Below, piece by piece: positions 25,520-37,943 of a stretch of DNA of 64,000 bases (position 1 is its first letter; each line of letters opens with the position of its first letter). The DNA is taken from positions 13,578,001-13,642,000 of the forward strand of contig CM075986.1 in the NCBI GenBank assembly GCA_038087875.1. The letters run 5' to 3'. Source of the DNA: Malacoraja senta. Lineage: Eukaryota. The notes below the pieces were generated by a model that ran no database searches, was not told where the DNA came from, and was given only the letters and a program-made list of their open reading frames with translations. Position numbers and translations under genes: made by a program.

Positions 25520-27435
25520 AATGCAGGTAACTAAAAAGGCAATACAGGGAGAAAAGATGAAGTACGAAGGTAAGCTAGCCAAGAATATAAAGAAGGATAG
25601 TAAAAGCATCTTTGGGTATGTGAAAAGGAAAAGATTAGTTAAGACAAATGTGGGTCCCTTGAAGACAGAAACAGGTGAATTTATTCTGGGGAGCAAGGAA
25701 ATGGCAGACAAGTTGAACAGGTAATTTGGTTCTGTCTTCACTAAGGAAGACACAAACAATCTCCCAGATGTACTAGGGGACAGATTTAGGGTGACGGAGG
25801 AACTGAAAGAAATTCACATTAGTCAGGAAATGGTGTTTGGTAGACTGATGGGACTGAATGCTGATAAATCCCCAGGGCCTGATAGTCTGCATCCCAGGGT
25901 ACTCAAGGAGGTGGCTCTAGCAATCGTGGACACATTGGTAATCATTTTCCAATGTTCTATAGATTCTGGATCAGTTCCTGTGGATCGGAGGGTAGCTAAT
26001 GTTATCCCACTTTTTAAGAAAGGGGGAGAGAAAGCAGGGAATTATAGATCAGTTAGCCTGACATCAGTGGTGGGGAAGATGCTGGAGTCAATTATTAAAG
26101 ATGCATTTGGATAGCAGTAACAGGATCGGTCCAAGTTTGCATGGATTTATGAAGGGGAAATCTTGCTTGACTAATCTTCTGGATTTTTTTGAGGATGTAA
26201 CAAGTAAAATGGATAAGGGAGAGCCAGTGGATGTAGTGTATCTGCTTTCAGAAAGCGTTTGATCAGGTCCCACAGGAGATTAGTGGGCAAAATTAGAACA
26301 GAAATTAATGGTATTGGGGGTAGGGTATTGACATGGATAGAAAATTGGTTGGCAGACAGGAAACAAAGAGTAGAAATCAACGGGTCCCTTTCAGATTGGC
26401 AGGCAGTGACTAGTGGGGTGGCGCAAGGCTCGGTGCTGGGACAGCAGCTATTTACAATATATATTAATGATTTAGATGAAGGAATTAAAAGTAACATTAG
26501 CAAATTTGCAGATGACACAAAGCTGGGTGGCAGTGTGAACTGTGAAGAAGATGCTATGAGGATGCAGGGTGACTTGGATAGGTTGGGTGAGTGGGCAGAT
26601 GCATGGCAGATGCAGTGTAATGTGGATAAATGTGAGGTTATCCACTTTGGTGGCAAGAACGGGAAGGCAGATTATTATCTGAATGGTGGCAGATAAAGAA
26701 CAGGGGAAGATCAACGAGACCTGGGTGTCCTTGTACATCAGTCATTGAAAGTAAGCATGCAGGTACAGCAGGCAGTGAAGAAAGCTAAGGCCTTCATGGC
26801 TAAAGCATGGCCTTCATAACGAGAGGATTTGAGTATAGGAGCAAAGAGGTCCTTCTGCAGTTGTACAGGACCCTGGTGAGACCACACCTGGAGTATTGTG
26901 TGCAGTTTTGGTCTACTAATTTGAGGAAGGACATTCTTGCTATTGAGGGAGTGCAGCGTAGGTTCACAAGGTTAATTCCCGGGATGGCGGACTGTCGTAT
27001 GATGAAAGAATGGACCGACTGGGCTTGTATTCACTGGAATTTAGGAGGATGAGAGGGTATCTTATAGAAACATATAAAACTATTAAGGGATTGGACACGC
27101 TAGATGCAGGAAACATGTTCCCGCTGTTGGGGGAGTACAGAACCAGGGGCCACAGTTTAAGAATAAGGGGTAGGCCATTTATAACAGATGAGGAAAAACT
27201 TTTTCACCCAGAGAGTTGTGAATTTGTGGAATTCTCTGCCTCAGAAGGCAGTGGAGGGCGATTCACTGGATGCATTCAAAAGAGAGTTAGATACTCTTGG
27301 GGCTAGCGGAATCAAAGGATATGGGGAGAAGGCAGGAACACTGACTGTGGATGATCAGCCATGATCACATTGAATGGCAGTGCTGGCTCGAAGGGCTGAA
27401 TGGCCTACTCCTGCACCTATTTTCTATGTATCTAT
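25520..27435 (+). mobile_element. CR1 LINE, 5'-truncated, RT with several frameshifts and stops
   Basis: DKSPGPDSLHPRVLKE, GVAQGSVLG, KFADDTKLGG, RPHLEYCVQFW; 3' tail ttttctatgtatctat. Confidence 0.95.
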
Positions 27436-27679
27436 ATAGGGAGCAAGTAAAACCCAAATTTTCAGCTCTTTGGAGCATAGGCAGAACAAAATGCAAGCTG
27501 ATTTTCATTCAGACTCAATGGGAACCAAATGTGTAAAATTACATTGGGTTTTATTGCAGAGAATCAAGCCAGTTAGTGAAGATGGTCTTGACATTACTGT
27601 CATTCCTTTTTCACTCCATAGGTGCATCAAGGTATTAATCTAGAATTGCTTCATATCTATCCATTTGTTCCTTTGGGTT

Positions 27680-28140
27680 TAGGTTTATTATTGTCATGTG
27701 TACTGTGGTGCAGTGAAAAGCTTTGTTTTACATGATATCCAAACTGATCAAACTTACCATACGTAAGTATAATGAAGTTAAACTCAAGTACAATAGTTAG
27801 AGCAAAGGGGAAGATACAGAATGCAGAATATAATTCTCAGCATTGTAGCGCATCAGTTCCTTAGACAAAGTCTAATGTCCACAATGGGGTGGAGTTGAAT
27901 CGGACAGTACTCTATAACTTATGGAAGGCCCATTAAGAACCCTGATAACAAAGGGGAAGAAGCTGTTCCTGAGTCTGGTCGTGCGCACTTTCAAGCTTCT
28001 GTACCTACTACAGGATGGGAGTGGGGAGAAGCAGGATTGTCTAGGGTGGGACAAATCTTTGATCATGTTGGCTGCTTTTCCGATGTAGCATGAAGTGTAT
28101 AAGGAGTCAGTGGTGGAGAATCAGGTCTGTATGATCCAAA
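27680..28140 (-). mobile_element. Rex1/Babar-like LINE 3' fragment
   Basis: IKDLSHP...FSPLPS.SRYRSLKVRTTRLRNSFFP..IRVLN. Confidence 0.8.
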
Positions 28141-28220
28141 GATCCTAATAAAGATTTTAAAATGCATCAATTACAGCTTTATTTTACTCTAGCTCCCCAT
28201 GCACCAAGCAAGATTCAAAC

Positions 28221-28906
28221 ATGGGCCTGTCCCATTTAGGCAATTATTCAGCGGACTGCCGGCGACTGTCATGTTGCCAGCAGTCGCCTGAAAAACCGGG
28301 AACTAGAACGGCGATTGTCAGNNNNNNNNNNNNNNNNNNNNNNNNNNNNNNNNNNNNNNNNNNNNNNNNNNNNNNNNNNNNNNNNNNNNNNNNNNNNNNN
28401 NNNNNNNNNNNNNNNNNNNNNNNNNNNNNNNNNNNNNNNNNNNNNNNNNNNNNNNNNNNNNNNNNNNNNNNNNNNNNNNNNNNNNNNNNNNNNNNNNNNN
28501 NNNNNNNNNNNNNNNGTTATCCTTAATTCTGAAAACTACAGCTTACCTTTTTTCCCCCCCAATGAGCTAATGAAATTCACCTGTCAGCACTGGCTACAAC
28601 CTACGAGAACCTCTGACAACCTTCGACCTCCTGGCAACCCACTAGGACATCCTGCCGACCCACGTACGGCTCGAGAATTCTCACTACTCTCCATGGCAGC
28701 TTCATTTTAGTCGGCGCTAATTTTTCAACATGTTGAAAAATTCACGGCGACCATAATGAGGCCGAGACTAGTTCCCAGAATGCGGGAACTCCTCACGACC
28801 ATGAAGGCGACTCCCCGGCAACTACCCGTGAACATGTGGCGACCATGTGGCGACTGCATAGTCTCCTGCAGTTGCCTAAAAAGTCGCCTAAGTGGGACAG
28901 GCCCAT
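28221..28906. mobile_element. Non-autonomous DNA transposon (PIF/Harbinger-like MITE) spanning an assembly gap
   Basis: TIRs atgggcctgtcccatttaggc / gcctaagtgggacaggcccat; internal ggcgac repeats; family assignment tentative. Confidence 0.75.
28322..28515. other. Assembly gap
   Basis: Run of N. Confidence 1.
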
Positions 28907-28934
28907 AAGGTACAAGTGTCCATCCTTCCTTTCA

Positions 28935-29110
28935 GGCAAAACATAGTGCTGAAGTAACTCAGAAGGTTAGGCAGCATCTGTAGAGGGAATGGATAGGCGT
29001 TTCGGGTCAAGACCCTCCATTCCCTCCACAGATGCTCAATGACACACTAGAGTTACTCCAGCACTATGTGTGTTGCTCATGATTTCTGAATCTGCAGTTC
29101 CTTGCATCTC
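28935..29110. mobile_element. Penelope-derived fold-back short element (diverged)
   Basis: gctgaagtaactc...gcatctgtagagggaatgga / tccattccctccacagatgc...gagttactccagc inverted arms. Confidence 0.7.
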
Positions 29111-29289
29111 TGTTTTTTTTCGGGATTCTTTCACCTTCAGCTATGTATAGAATGTCACAGCAGGAAATAGTCATTCAGCTGGTTCAATCCTGTACGTACT
29201 CTCCATGCAAGCCACCTCCCAGGAAACTTCATCCAAACTTATCAGAATATGACTGAAAGTGAAGTATATATTTTGTGATCAGAGAACTC

Positions 29290-30020
29290 CCTTGGGCAAC
29301 ATGTTGTTTATTGCAAGAGCAATTGAATGCAAAAGGGAGAGGTTATGCCTCGGTTACATCGGGGATTCAGGAATAGTACGTCAGTTTATTTAAGGATAGA
29401 AAATAGTTCAGAGAAGATCTGCCAAACTAATACTTTGAATGGGCAGGTTGTTTTATGAGGGACGATTAGTCATGTTAAGCTTGTGTTGGCTGGTCTTTAG
29501 AAGAATTTAGGGAGTTGATTGAAATATATAAGATCCTGAGTAGTCTTCACAAGTTGAATGTGGAAATGCTGTTTTCTCGGATATCACTATTTAGAAATAA
29601 AGGATGGTCCATTTAAGGAAGAACATAGAATGGTGCAGCACAAGAGCAGGCCCTTTGGCTCACAATATCTGTGCCGAACATGATGCCAAGACCATCTCTT
29701 ACCTACCTGCATATTATTCATATCCTTCAATTCCCTGCATATCCATGTGCATATGTAAATGTCTCTTAAATGCCAAAATCATATCTGCCTCAGACAGATG
29801 AGGGGAATTCATTTTTTGCAGTCTTTTGAAGTCTCTTCTTCAAAGGGCAGTGAAAGCAGACTTTGAATATTTTTTAAGGCAAAGGTGAATAAGTTCTTAA
29901 GGCAAAGGAGGGAAGGGTTACAGCTAATAGATAGGAATGTGGTGTTGAACGGATCAGCCATGACTTGGTTGAAAAGCATACTAGGCTTGAAGGGCCAAGT
30001 GGCTTAGTCCTCATATTTAC
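29290..30020 (+). mobile_element. Old CR1 3' fragment with an antisense CR1 tail nested at ~29620-29790
   Basis: Diverged match to the CR1 3' region, interrupted by an inverted tail. Confidence 0.6.
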
Positions 30021-30314
30021 GTCTCCATCTACATCATAGCAGAATACATTTCTTATAAATTGATTATATAAAACAGGGTTTTAAATGAAATACTTTCACA
30101 TGTGCTTGATCCAAATGAGTGCACTCAGGCTGCTTGTTTTTTGAAGCATGGCTTTCCTTATTACTTGAATTCTGATTTTTACCAGCCTGCTCCAACCTCC
30201 TTCTCTGCAGTTGTCTGTGCTTGAAGCGAGGTTAATCTCTTGTTAAAATTCCGCCTAGCCTGATGACTTGGAGTGAGGGTAACATATTGTTCTGCTGGTT
30301 TGATACTTTCCTTT

Positions 30315-30615
30315 ACTTTAGAGTACAGTGCAGAAACAAGTCCTTTGGCCCACTGAGACCCTGCCAACCAGCGATCACCCCATGCACTAACGCTATCCTA
30401 CACACTAGCGACAGTTTACAATTTTTACGAAAGCCAATTAATCTACAAACCTGTACGTCTTTGGCGTGTGAGAGGAAACCGGAGCACCCGGAGAAAACCT
30501 ACGCGGTCACAGGGAGAATGTACAAACTCCGTACCGACAGCACCTGTAGTCAGGATCGAACCCGGGTCTCAGGTGTTGTAAGGCAGCAGCTCTACCACTG
30601 CACCACTGTGCTGTG
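30315..30615 (-). mobile_element. HE1-like tRNA-SINE
   Basis: Same family as 805-1105; B box ggttcgatcc on -. Confidence 0.85.
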
Positions 30616-32169
30616 CCTAATGGGTCAAACCAATGAAGGTTGCCACAATTTTTAGACACATATCTAGTTTAGTGAGGGACTGGTGCATTCCAGCAAGAGC
30701 AGTGCCTTGTCTCAAATATATTTTCTCTTTAGAAGGGCAGTGCTGAAGTGAAGCTTGGGTGGGCAGGGAAGGACGTAAATAACATCAGTTTTTAATAGAC
30801 CTCAGCTATTTCTATGTATCATGCGTATGAAAAATAAAAGTTACACTGGATTTTGGAGATTGCAATGGGAGCATTCTAAATTCATATAAAATGACAACCA
30901 TAAACTCTCTATTAAAACCATCTCCTTTAATCTGAGATCTTCCTGCTTTTACCAATGTGTGATGGAACTGGGATAGGGTAGGATTGTTTAATAGGGTAGG
31001 ATTGTACAGTGGTGAGGAATTGAGAAAAACCATAGGTTTTGAGGGTAGTTTTCTATATCACCTTTAATCAAGACTCAGGTATGTATTAAGATTAATTGTG
31101 GTTATGTGGATTCCTGTTTGCTTCTTCCACCTTTGTTCTAACTTGCACACTAACGAGGACCTGTAGTGACAAGATATCTCCCCAGGGAATAAAGCCATTT
31201 ATCTAGATTACTTTTTTTTTCATTTTAATTCCATAGCTGAGGGCTAGGAGCAGAGTTAATGCATATTGTAAGAAATACTTCACAGGGCAAGGGCCTACAA
31301 GTACTGACTGCTACTGGGTTCCTGCCCAGTCCAATAAAATATGTCTGGAAATTCATGACAGAACTGAACTGTTTAAATAGTTGTTATTTTTGCAAGTTTA
31401 AATTTTACAGAAACACTTAACCCATATGTTAGTAATTAGTAATGTCCCATCTTACAGTGGAGTGGGAGGAGAGGGAGAGTAGCTGTATCCAGCTGATAAA
31501 AATGTGGTATCATTAATATCCAGTGCAATATATAGAGCTGATAGCAAAGGAACATATGAATTGATTCATTTATGTTCCATCTGAAACTCTTTTTATTCTG
31601 CCTTCATGGCCTGTATTTCCTATACTTCATGGCCCTGAATGGCCTAGTACCCTGCTTGGTACTCCGTTAAATGGCAACTTCACTGTCATGGGGACTGGCT
31701 CTTACAAGTAAGAGAGCTAACATTTTTGCCTGTCTTTAGCATAAAAGGGCCGACAGACAAATGTTGTACAATGAGTGTGATTATGCCTTACCTGGATTTC
31801 ATGTAGATTATTTCGACGGGTTGGCTGTTGGAGATTGAACATTGATGAAAACCAATACCAGGACACCTTGTCTCATCATTGTATTCAACAATGGTCATAG
31901 CTCTATTCTGAAACTGTTCAGTTATTTATAGTTTAGTACCATACTGGGCAGACCATGTTTCACAAAACTTTTAAAGAGCTCATTTTCTCTCCAGCGCATT
32001 TGGAAGATGAGATGTGTGAATCAGAAACTTGGAACAAAGTACTGACAATACGTTTTGGTTGGTGCATAACAAAGTTGGAGCATTCATCCATTTTAGGATG
32101 CTCATCAGCTCTGACAGGGCTCCGACTTGAAACATTAACTCTGATTCTCTTTCCGTAGATGCTGCGTGA

Positions 32170-32452
32170 TAGACAATAGATGCAAGAGTAGGCCATTCGG
32201 CCCTTCGAGCCAGCACCACCATTCAATGTGATCATGGCTGATCATCCCCAATCAGTACTCCTGCCTTCTCCCTATATCCCCTCACTCCGCTATCTTTAAG
32301 AGCCCTATCTAGCTCTCTCTTGAAAGTATCCAGAGGACCGGCCTCCACCGCCCTCTGAGGCAGAGAATTCCACAGACTCACAACTCTCTGTGAGAAAAAA
32401 TGTTTCCTCGTCTCCGTTCTAAATGGCTTACCCCTTATTCTTAAACTGTGGG
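32170..32452 (-). mobile_element. CR1 (HER1-like) 3' fragment
   Basis: HSLRIRGKPFRTETRKHFFSQRVVSLWNSLPQRAVEAG..FKRELD. Confidence 0.88.
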
Positions 32453-33074
32453 CCCAGCATTTTTTGTTTTTATTCTTGTTCATCGTGTGCTGAATTTACT
32501 TTGAAGTATTATGATCTTGGCTTGTGTTTTTTTTCATATTTGTATTTATATTATTTTGTATTTATAATGATATTTGTGTATAAAATAATCATCGTCAGGC
32601 TGAAACACAAACTTGGTTTCTATCTCCATAGTCTGTTAAACATTTCTATTATATTCTGTTTATCTTTTGTAATCATCCCAGGGTGGTTCACATGAAAATT
32701 GACACTGAGCATGGAAGGAAGGGATATGGAAAAGTAGCTAAAAATCTGGTGAAATAAATGAAAATAGTCAAAGAAGCCCAGAGAGGCATAAACGTTTACA
32801 AGGTGCCACTGCAAATGGTGGGATTTTGGTGGCTCCTGCCTTTACAAGCAATAGAATGGAGGAGTGTCAGGTCAGTTGGAGAATTTGGTGAGTTCAGGCA
32901 GATATGCTGGACTGGAGATAGTAAGTATAGGTTTCAGTGAGCCCATGGAAGAATGGATATGATGAGATGTTTTTATTTTAATGGATTCTGGAACAGGGAA
33001 CCAACATCTGTTGGATGACTTGCACTACATAAAACCATTATGGTCATGATCTTGAAACGTATTCAGTTGCATAA

Positions 33075-33545
33075 GAGTCAAGAGTGTTTTGCCGAAACTG
33101 AACAATGAAATTCTTACTTGCAGCAGCACAAAAGATATGCAATCATAGTACTCTGTAAAACCCATAATAAACAACAAGAAAATGTCCAGTATATATAATT
33201 TTAAAAAACACAAATAAATAGACAATAATAGTGTCAAAATAATGTCCCCAAGTCTATGTAGTTCAGAACCTCTTTGGAGCTTGTAGTGTTTAATAACCTA
33301 ATGGCAGTAGGAAAGAAGCTGCTTGTGAACTTGGACGTTACAGTTTCCAGGCTCCTTTACCTTCTTCAATATGGCAGGAGTGAAATGAATGCTGTGGCCA
33401 GGGTGATGTGGGTCTCTGATGATGTTGGCTGCATTTTTGAGGCAGCGACCCTTGTAAGATCCCTTTGATGGAGGGGAGATCAGTACAGTGTATCTGGGCA
33501 ATTTCAGCACTCGGTGCAATCTTCTTTGTTCCTGTGCTTTCGAGT
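33075..33545 (-). mobile_element. Rex-like LINE 3' fragment
   Basis: RCLKNAANIIRDPHHPGH motif. Confidence 0.7.
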
Positions 33546-34049
33546 TATGGTGAAACTAATCAAAATATAAGCAGTAGTTAAGAGGAAGGCCCAAATGTGA
33601 ACTGTGACAGACTACTGTTCAGTGGCAATTAGCAGAATTATTTTCTGTGATGCATGCATGACACAGTGCAGTGATACAAACAACTGCAGGTGATGTATCA
33701 TTTTGATTCTATATGCTAAAGATGATTTCAGGTAACCTGTTGCCAGTTAGGTCATGTTACAAGACTGGGATTTAATGTTTATTAGGCAGAAAGTGATTTT
33801 TTTTTTTTGCTGGTGGCTATAACTGTCACTCTGGAATGTTCTTTTTCCATTAGCTGAAACCATCAAAATCAGAGCAATAGTTGAGACAAAGGTGCCAAGA
33901 TGAAGAGTGGATATCATACTGGTCTACAGAAAATTTATTTTTTATGACTCAACAATATAAAAATTAGCAGTGCGGCTTCATAACATAGGGTTTTTACTCT
34001 TAAGGAGTTACTTGAATAAGGGAGAAAGAAAAAGTAGTAGTTATCTACT

Positions 34050-34600
34050 CTTGGCAGCATCCTTGTGAATATTTTCAGCACTCTCCCTAGAATAATAACA
34101 CCCTTCCTCTAGCTAGGCACCCAGAACTGCACAGTACTCCAAATGCAGTTTCAACAGCTGTAATATAACATCCAGATTCTTGTATTCTGATCATTGAAAG
34201 CAAGTGTGCCAAATGTCTCCTTCAGGGTGGTGAAGGGTGTCTACCTATGTTGACACTTTCAAGAAACTATGTACTTGTACCCCTGGGTATCTCTGTTCTA
34301 TAACACTCTGCAGAGCCCTGCCATTCAATATGTATGTCCTGCACTGAGTAAACATCCCAAAATGCAACACTATGCACTGTCTGAATTAAATTCAGATTAG
34401 TATGGATATCAAGGGTTATGGAGAGATGGCAGGAAAGTGCTGTAGAGAGGTTTGGGGTTAAGATAGATCAGCCATAATTAAAAGTTGGAGTAAACCTGAC
34501 AGGCCGAGTGGCCTAATTCTGCTCCTATAACTTTTGAACATGAAATTCCATCTGCAATTCCATAGCCCACTTTTCCAGTTGATCTGGAGCTGATCCATTT
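34050..34600 (-). mobile_element. Old CR1 RT fragment with a nested sense CR1 tail
   Basis: ccagaactgcacagtactccaaatgc is the reverse of the HLEY.VQFW motif. Confidence 0.55.
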
Positions 34601-35259
34601 TCCCAGTTAATCTAGGGTTGATCTTCCCAGTGGTTCAAATCAGTATTTTTGTCCGTACTTTCAAAATAGTTACAACTCACAGAAAAGTGAATTGTTTAAG
34701 TGTTACCATGATTGGGAATATAATGGAATAACTAAATGATGAATGAGAAATGCAGCTTTATGCATTTGTTTCGAGATGCTGGCTGCAGTTTGTCATTAGT
34801 GAGCTCCTCTCTAAAAAAATGTCATAATTTAGTATTTAATGTTTTAATGTATCATAAAACAGTTATCAAGAGCCACGATGCTTTAGTGTATCTGCCCATC
34901 TTGAAATAGCTGGACTATGTGTGTTTCTAATGAGCCAATCGCAATAAATTGGGTTGAAATCTGAAAGAAATGCGAATAGCCAGATGTGCAGGAACTTTTG
35001 GATGGAAGCATAACAAAGAGGCACAGGTTTAACTTAATTCCACTGATTCTCCATGTTCAGTGGAAGTGGGAGGGAGGAGGATTGTTTTAAAGAGGTTGCT
35101 TTGGGTCTGGAACTCACATATTATCACTGTGACTACGTGGGTTCCTCTGGTTCTTCTGACTTTGTCCTACATCCCAAAGACAGATTGGCTGGTAATTGGC
35201 CACTGTAAATTGCCTCGTGTGCAGATGAGTAGTACAAACTGGAAAATGTCATCGTTTTA

Positions 35260-36925
35260 AAGCACAGCAGCAGGCCCTTTGACCCAATTCATTCATGACA
35301 TCCAAGAGATCTATCCAAGCTAGTCCCATTTGGTTGCTTTTGGCCCATATCCCTCCTAATTTGTTTCTATCGATGCACCTGAACGAATATATTTTAACCA
35401 TTGTAATTGTACCCATTTCTTCAGCTTCAACTAGCAGTTTGCTCTGTATATCCACCACTTTCTGAGTGGAAACGTTGGGGCTTAATTCTCTTTTAACTCT
35501 TTTGCTGTGCCCTGAAGTTTACATCTTCTAATTTTTGTAGTTCCATACCATGTGACCATCCTACTCAACAACAGCCCTCCTGATTTTATATACTTTGATA
35601 AGGTTACCCCTCAGCTTCCTACGCTCCAGGAAAATATAGTCCAAGCCTATTTACCTTTTTATAAATCAATTCCTCCAGTCACAGTAACATCTTTGTGAAT
35701 TTTTCTTGCAACCTCTCCAGCTTAATACAATCCTTCCTAAAACTGGCTGATCAGAACTATGAACAATACTCCAAGTTTGGATTAACCAATGACTTGCAAA
35801 GTTGCAACGTGATATCCAACACCTGTACTTAATGCCCTGACCAATGATGGGCAAGTGCGTCAAACGCCATTTTCATCACCCTGTCGTCACCCACGCCATC
35901 ATTTTCGGGAACTATGTACCTTTATTCCTAAGTCTTTCTGTTTCAGAAAACTCTCCAGAACCTTACCATTTACTGCGGAAGTCCAGCCGTGGTTTAACTT
36001 ACCAAATGCAACACCTCACACTTGTATGAGTTAAATTGCATCTGCCATTCCTTGGCCCACAAGGCTCATTCAGATACTATTGTAACCAGAGGTAGCCACC
36101 TCCAGTGTCCAGCAAATCACCAATTTTGGTGTCATCTGCAATTGTCCTATATTAACAACAGTGCTCCAATCTGAATAACCGTTCTGGGTACAGTGCTCCA
36201 ATCTGAATAACAACTCTCCACTACCAATCCCTGCCTTATTTCACAATGTAAATGTTGTATCTATTTGACTATTGCACCATGTGATCTAACCTTCTAGGAT
36301 AATCTACTACACAGGACCTTGTCAAACACCTTACTAAGGTTTATGCAGAACGTCTACTGTCCTGCCCGTGTCAATCTTCTTCGTCATCTCTACAAAAAAC
36401 TCAATCTAATTTGTGAAGCACGATGCACAGAGCCATACTGATTATCTCTAATCAGTTCTAATCTTTCCAAATTCTGGTAGATCCTGTTGCTCTGAATCCG
36501 CCCCACCACTATTGTTAGGCTCACCGTCCTGTATTGCCCGAGCTTGTCCTTGCAGCCCTTCTTAAATAAAGGCATGATATAACCCTCCTCCAGTCTTCTG
36601 GTACCTCCCTTGTAGCTAAAGTGATGCAAACATCTCTGCCAGAGCAATTTCTGCAATTTCTTCCTTAGCTGTCCCAGAATACACTTGATCAAGCTTCAGG
36701 GATTTTTCCACCTTGATAGGCTTCAAGAACGCCAGCACCTACTCTGTTGCAATGTGGATATGCTCCAATGTATCACTCTTCATTTCCCTTTATTCCTTAG
36801 CTTCCACGACATTCTCCACGGTAAAGACAGATAAGACATATTCATTTAACACCTTCCCCTCCTGTGGCTCCACACACAGACGACAGCATTGAATCTACAG
36901 GGGACCTATCATTTCCGTAGTTATA
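35260..36925 (-). mobile_element. Old CR1 LINE, 5'-truncated and degenerate
   Basis: PLFKKGCKDKLGQYRTVSLT and other CR1 RT motifs on -. Confidence 0.75.
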
Positions 36926-37073
36926 TTAAGAGAAAAAGTGTAACTACGGAAATAATAGGTCCCCTGTAGATTCAATGCTTGAGTTGTGTATACTCAGTAC
37001 AAAAACATCTAGTTATTCTTAGGATTCTCGTAGAATAACTAGATTTTTTTTGTATTGAGTATGTACACAACTC
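36885..37073. repeat. Two abutting long inverted repeats (hairpins)
   Basis: 36885-36925 / 36939-36979 (39/41 match) and 36981-37019 / 37032-37073. Confidence 0.9.
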
Positions 37074-37943
37074 TCATTGGTGTTTGCACTGCAAGCTCTC
37101 ACCCCATGCATATGAGGATGTACCCCAAATGACAAATATCCTTGTAAATGAATGACCCCAAGAAGTTGGGATGCAGTAATGAAATACATTCCTTTTTATA
37201 AATTAACACACCAGCCAACCAGATGGTATGGATCAATATAAATAGAATGAAGAGTGCATTCAATTTGCTTATTCCCACCTCGAATGTTGAAGAGCATGTA
37301 GAATAGAAGCCAATATTTGGGTTCAAAGAGAGTAAAAGCAAGAACGTGGAGTCGAGGCTGGGATCAGATCAGCAATATCTGATGGAAAGGAGGAACAATT
37401 CAGAGGTCAAAGATCTATTCCAGCTCCTAATATATGCTTACAAGCAGGATTCGATCCTTCAAACGCTGTGAAATTCAGTAAGATTATGGGACATGCAGCA
37501 TCTCTTCCATGTTGATGTCTCCCCACATCCTTGCCATCAATTACAAAAATCAATCTAATCAGCAAATGACATCCATCAGAGCTCTGAGATAGGGAATTCT
37601 GAAAAAACCTTTGGCCATTGGAATACAGAAATGTCACCTTAACTCATTCCCAAACAAAACCATTTATCCTCTGCTGCCTCTGTGTAAACGGGATGCTCCC
37701 TGATTTCACAATGAGCAGCAGGAAAAGATTTGGGTTTGGAAGTTGCACAAAATGTTGGGTAATCCTCATGAGGAATTTAGTAGTAATATGGATTATATAC
37801 AGGTCAGAAAAATCCAAAGAGAGAATTTATTTCTCAAATGAAAATTGGCATAATGAAGTGGAAAAGAATTATGTTAAACAAAAGAACGTCATCTGGATAC
37901 TGCCCCCTGTTAACAAAACCTTTCTTCCTTTAATTTGTTTTGC

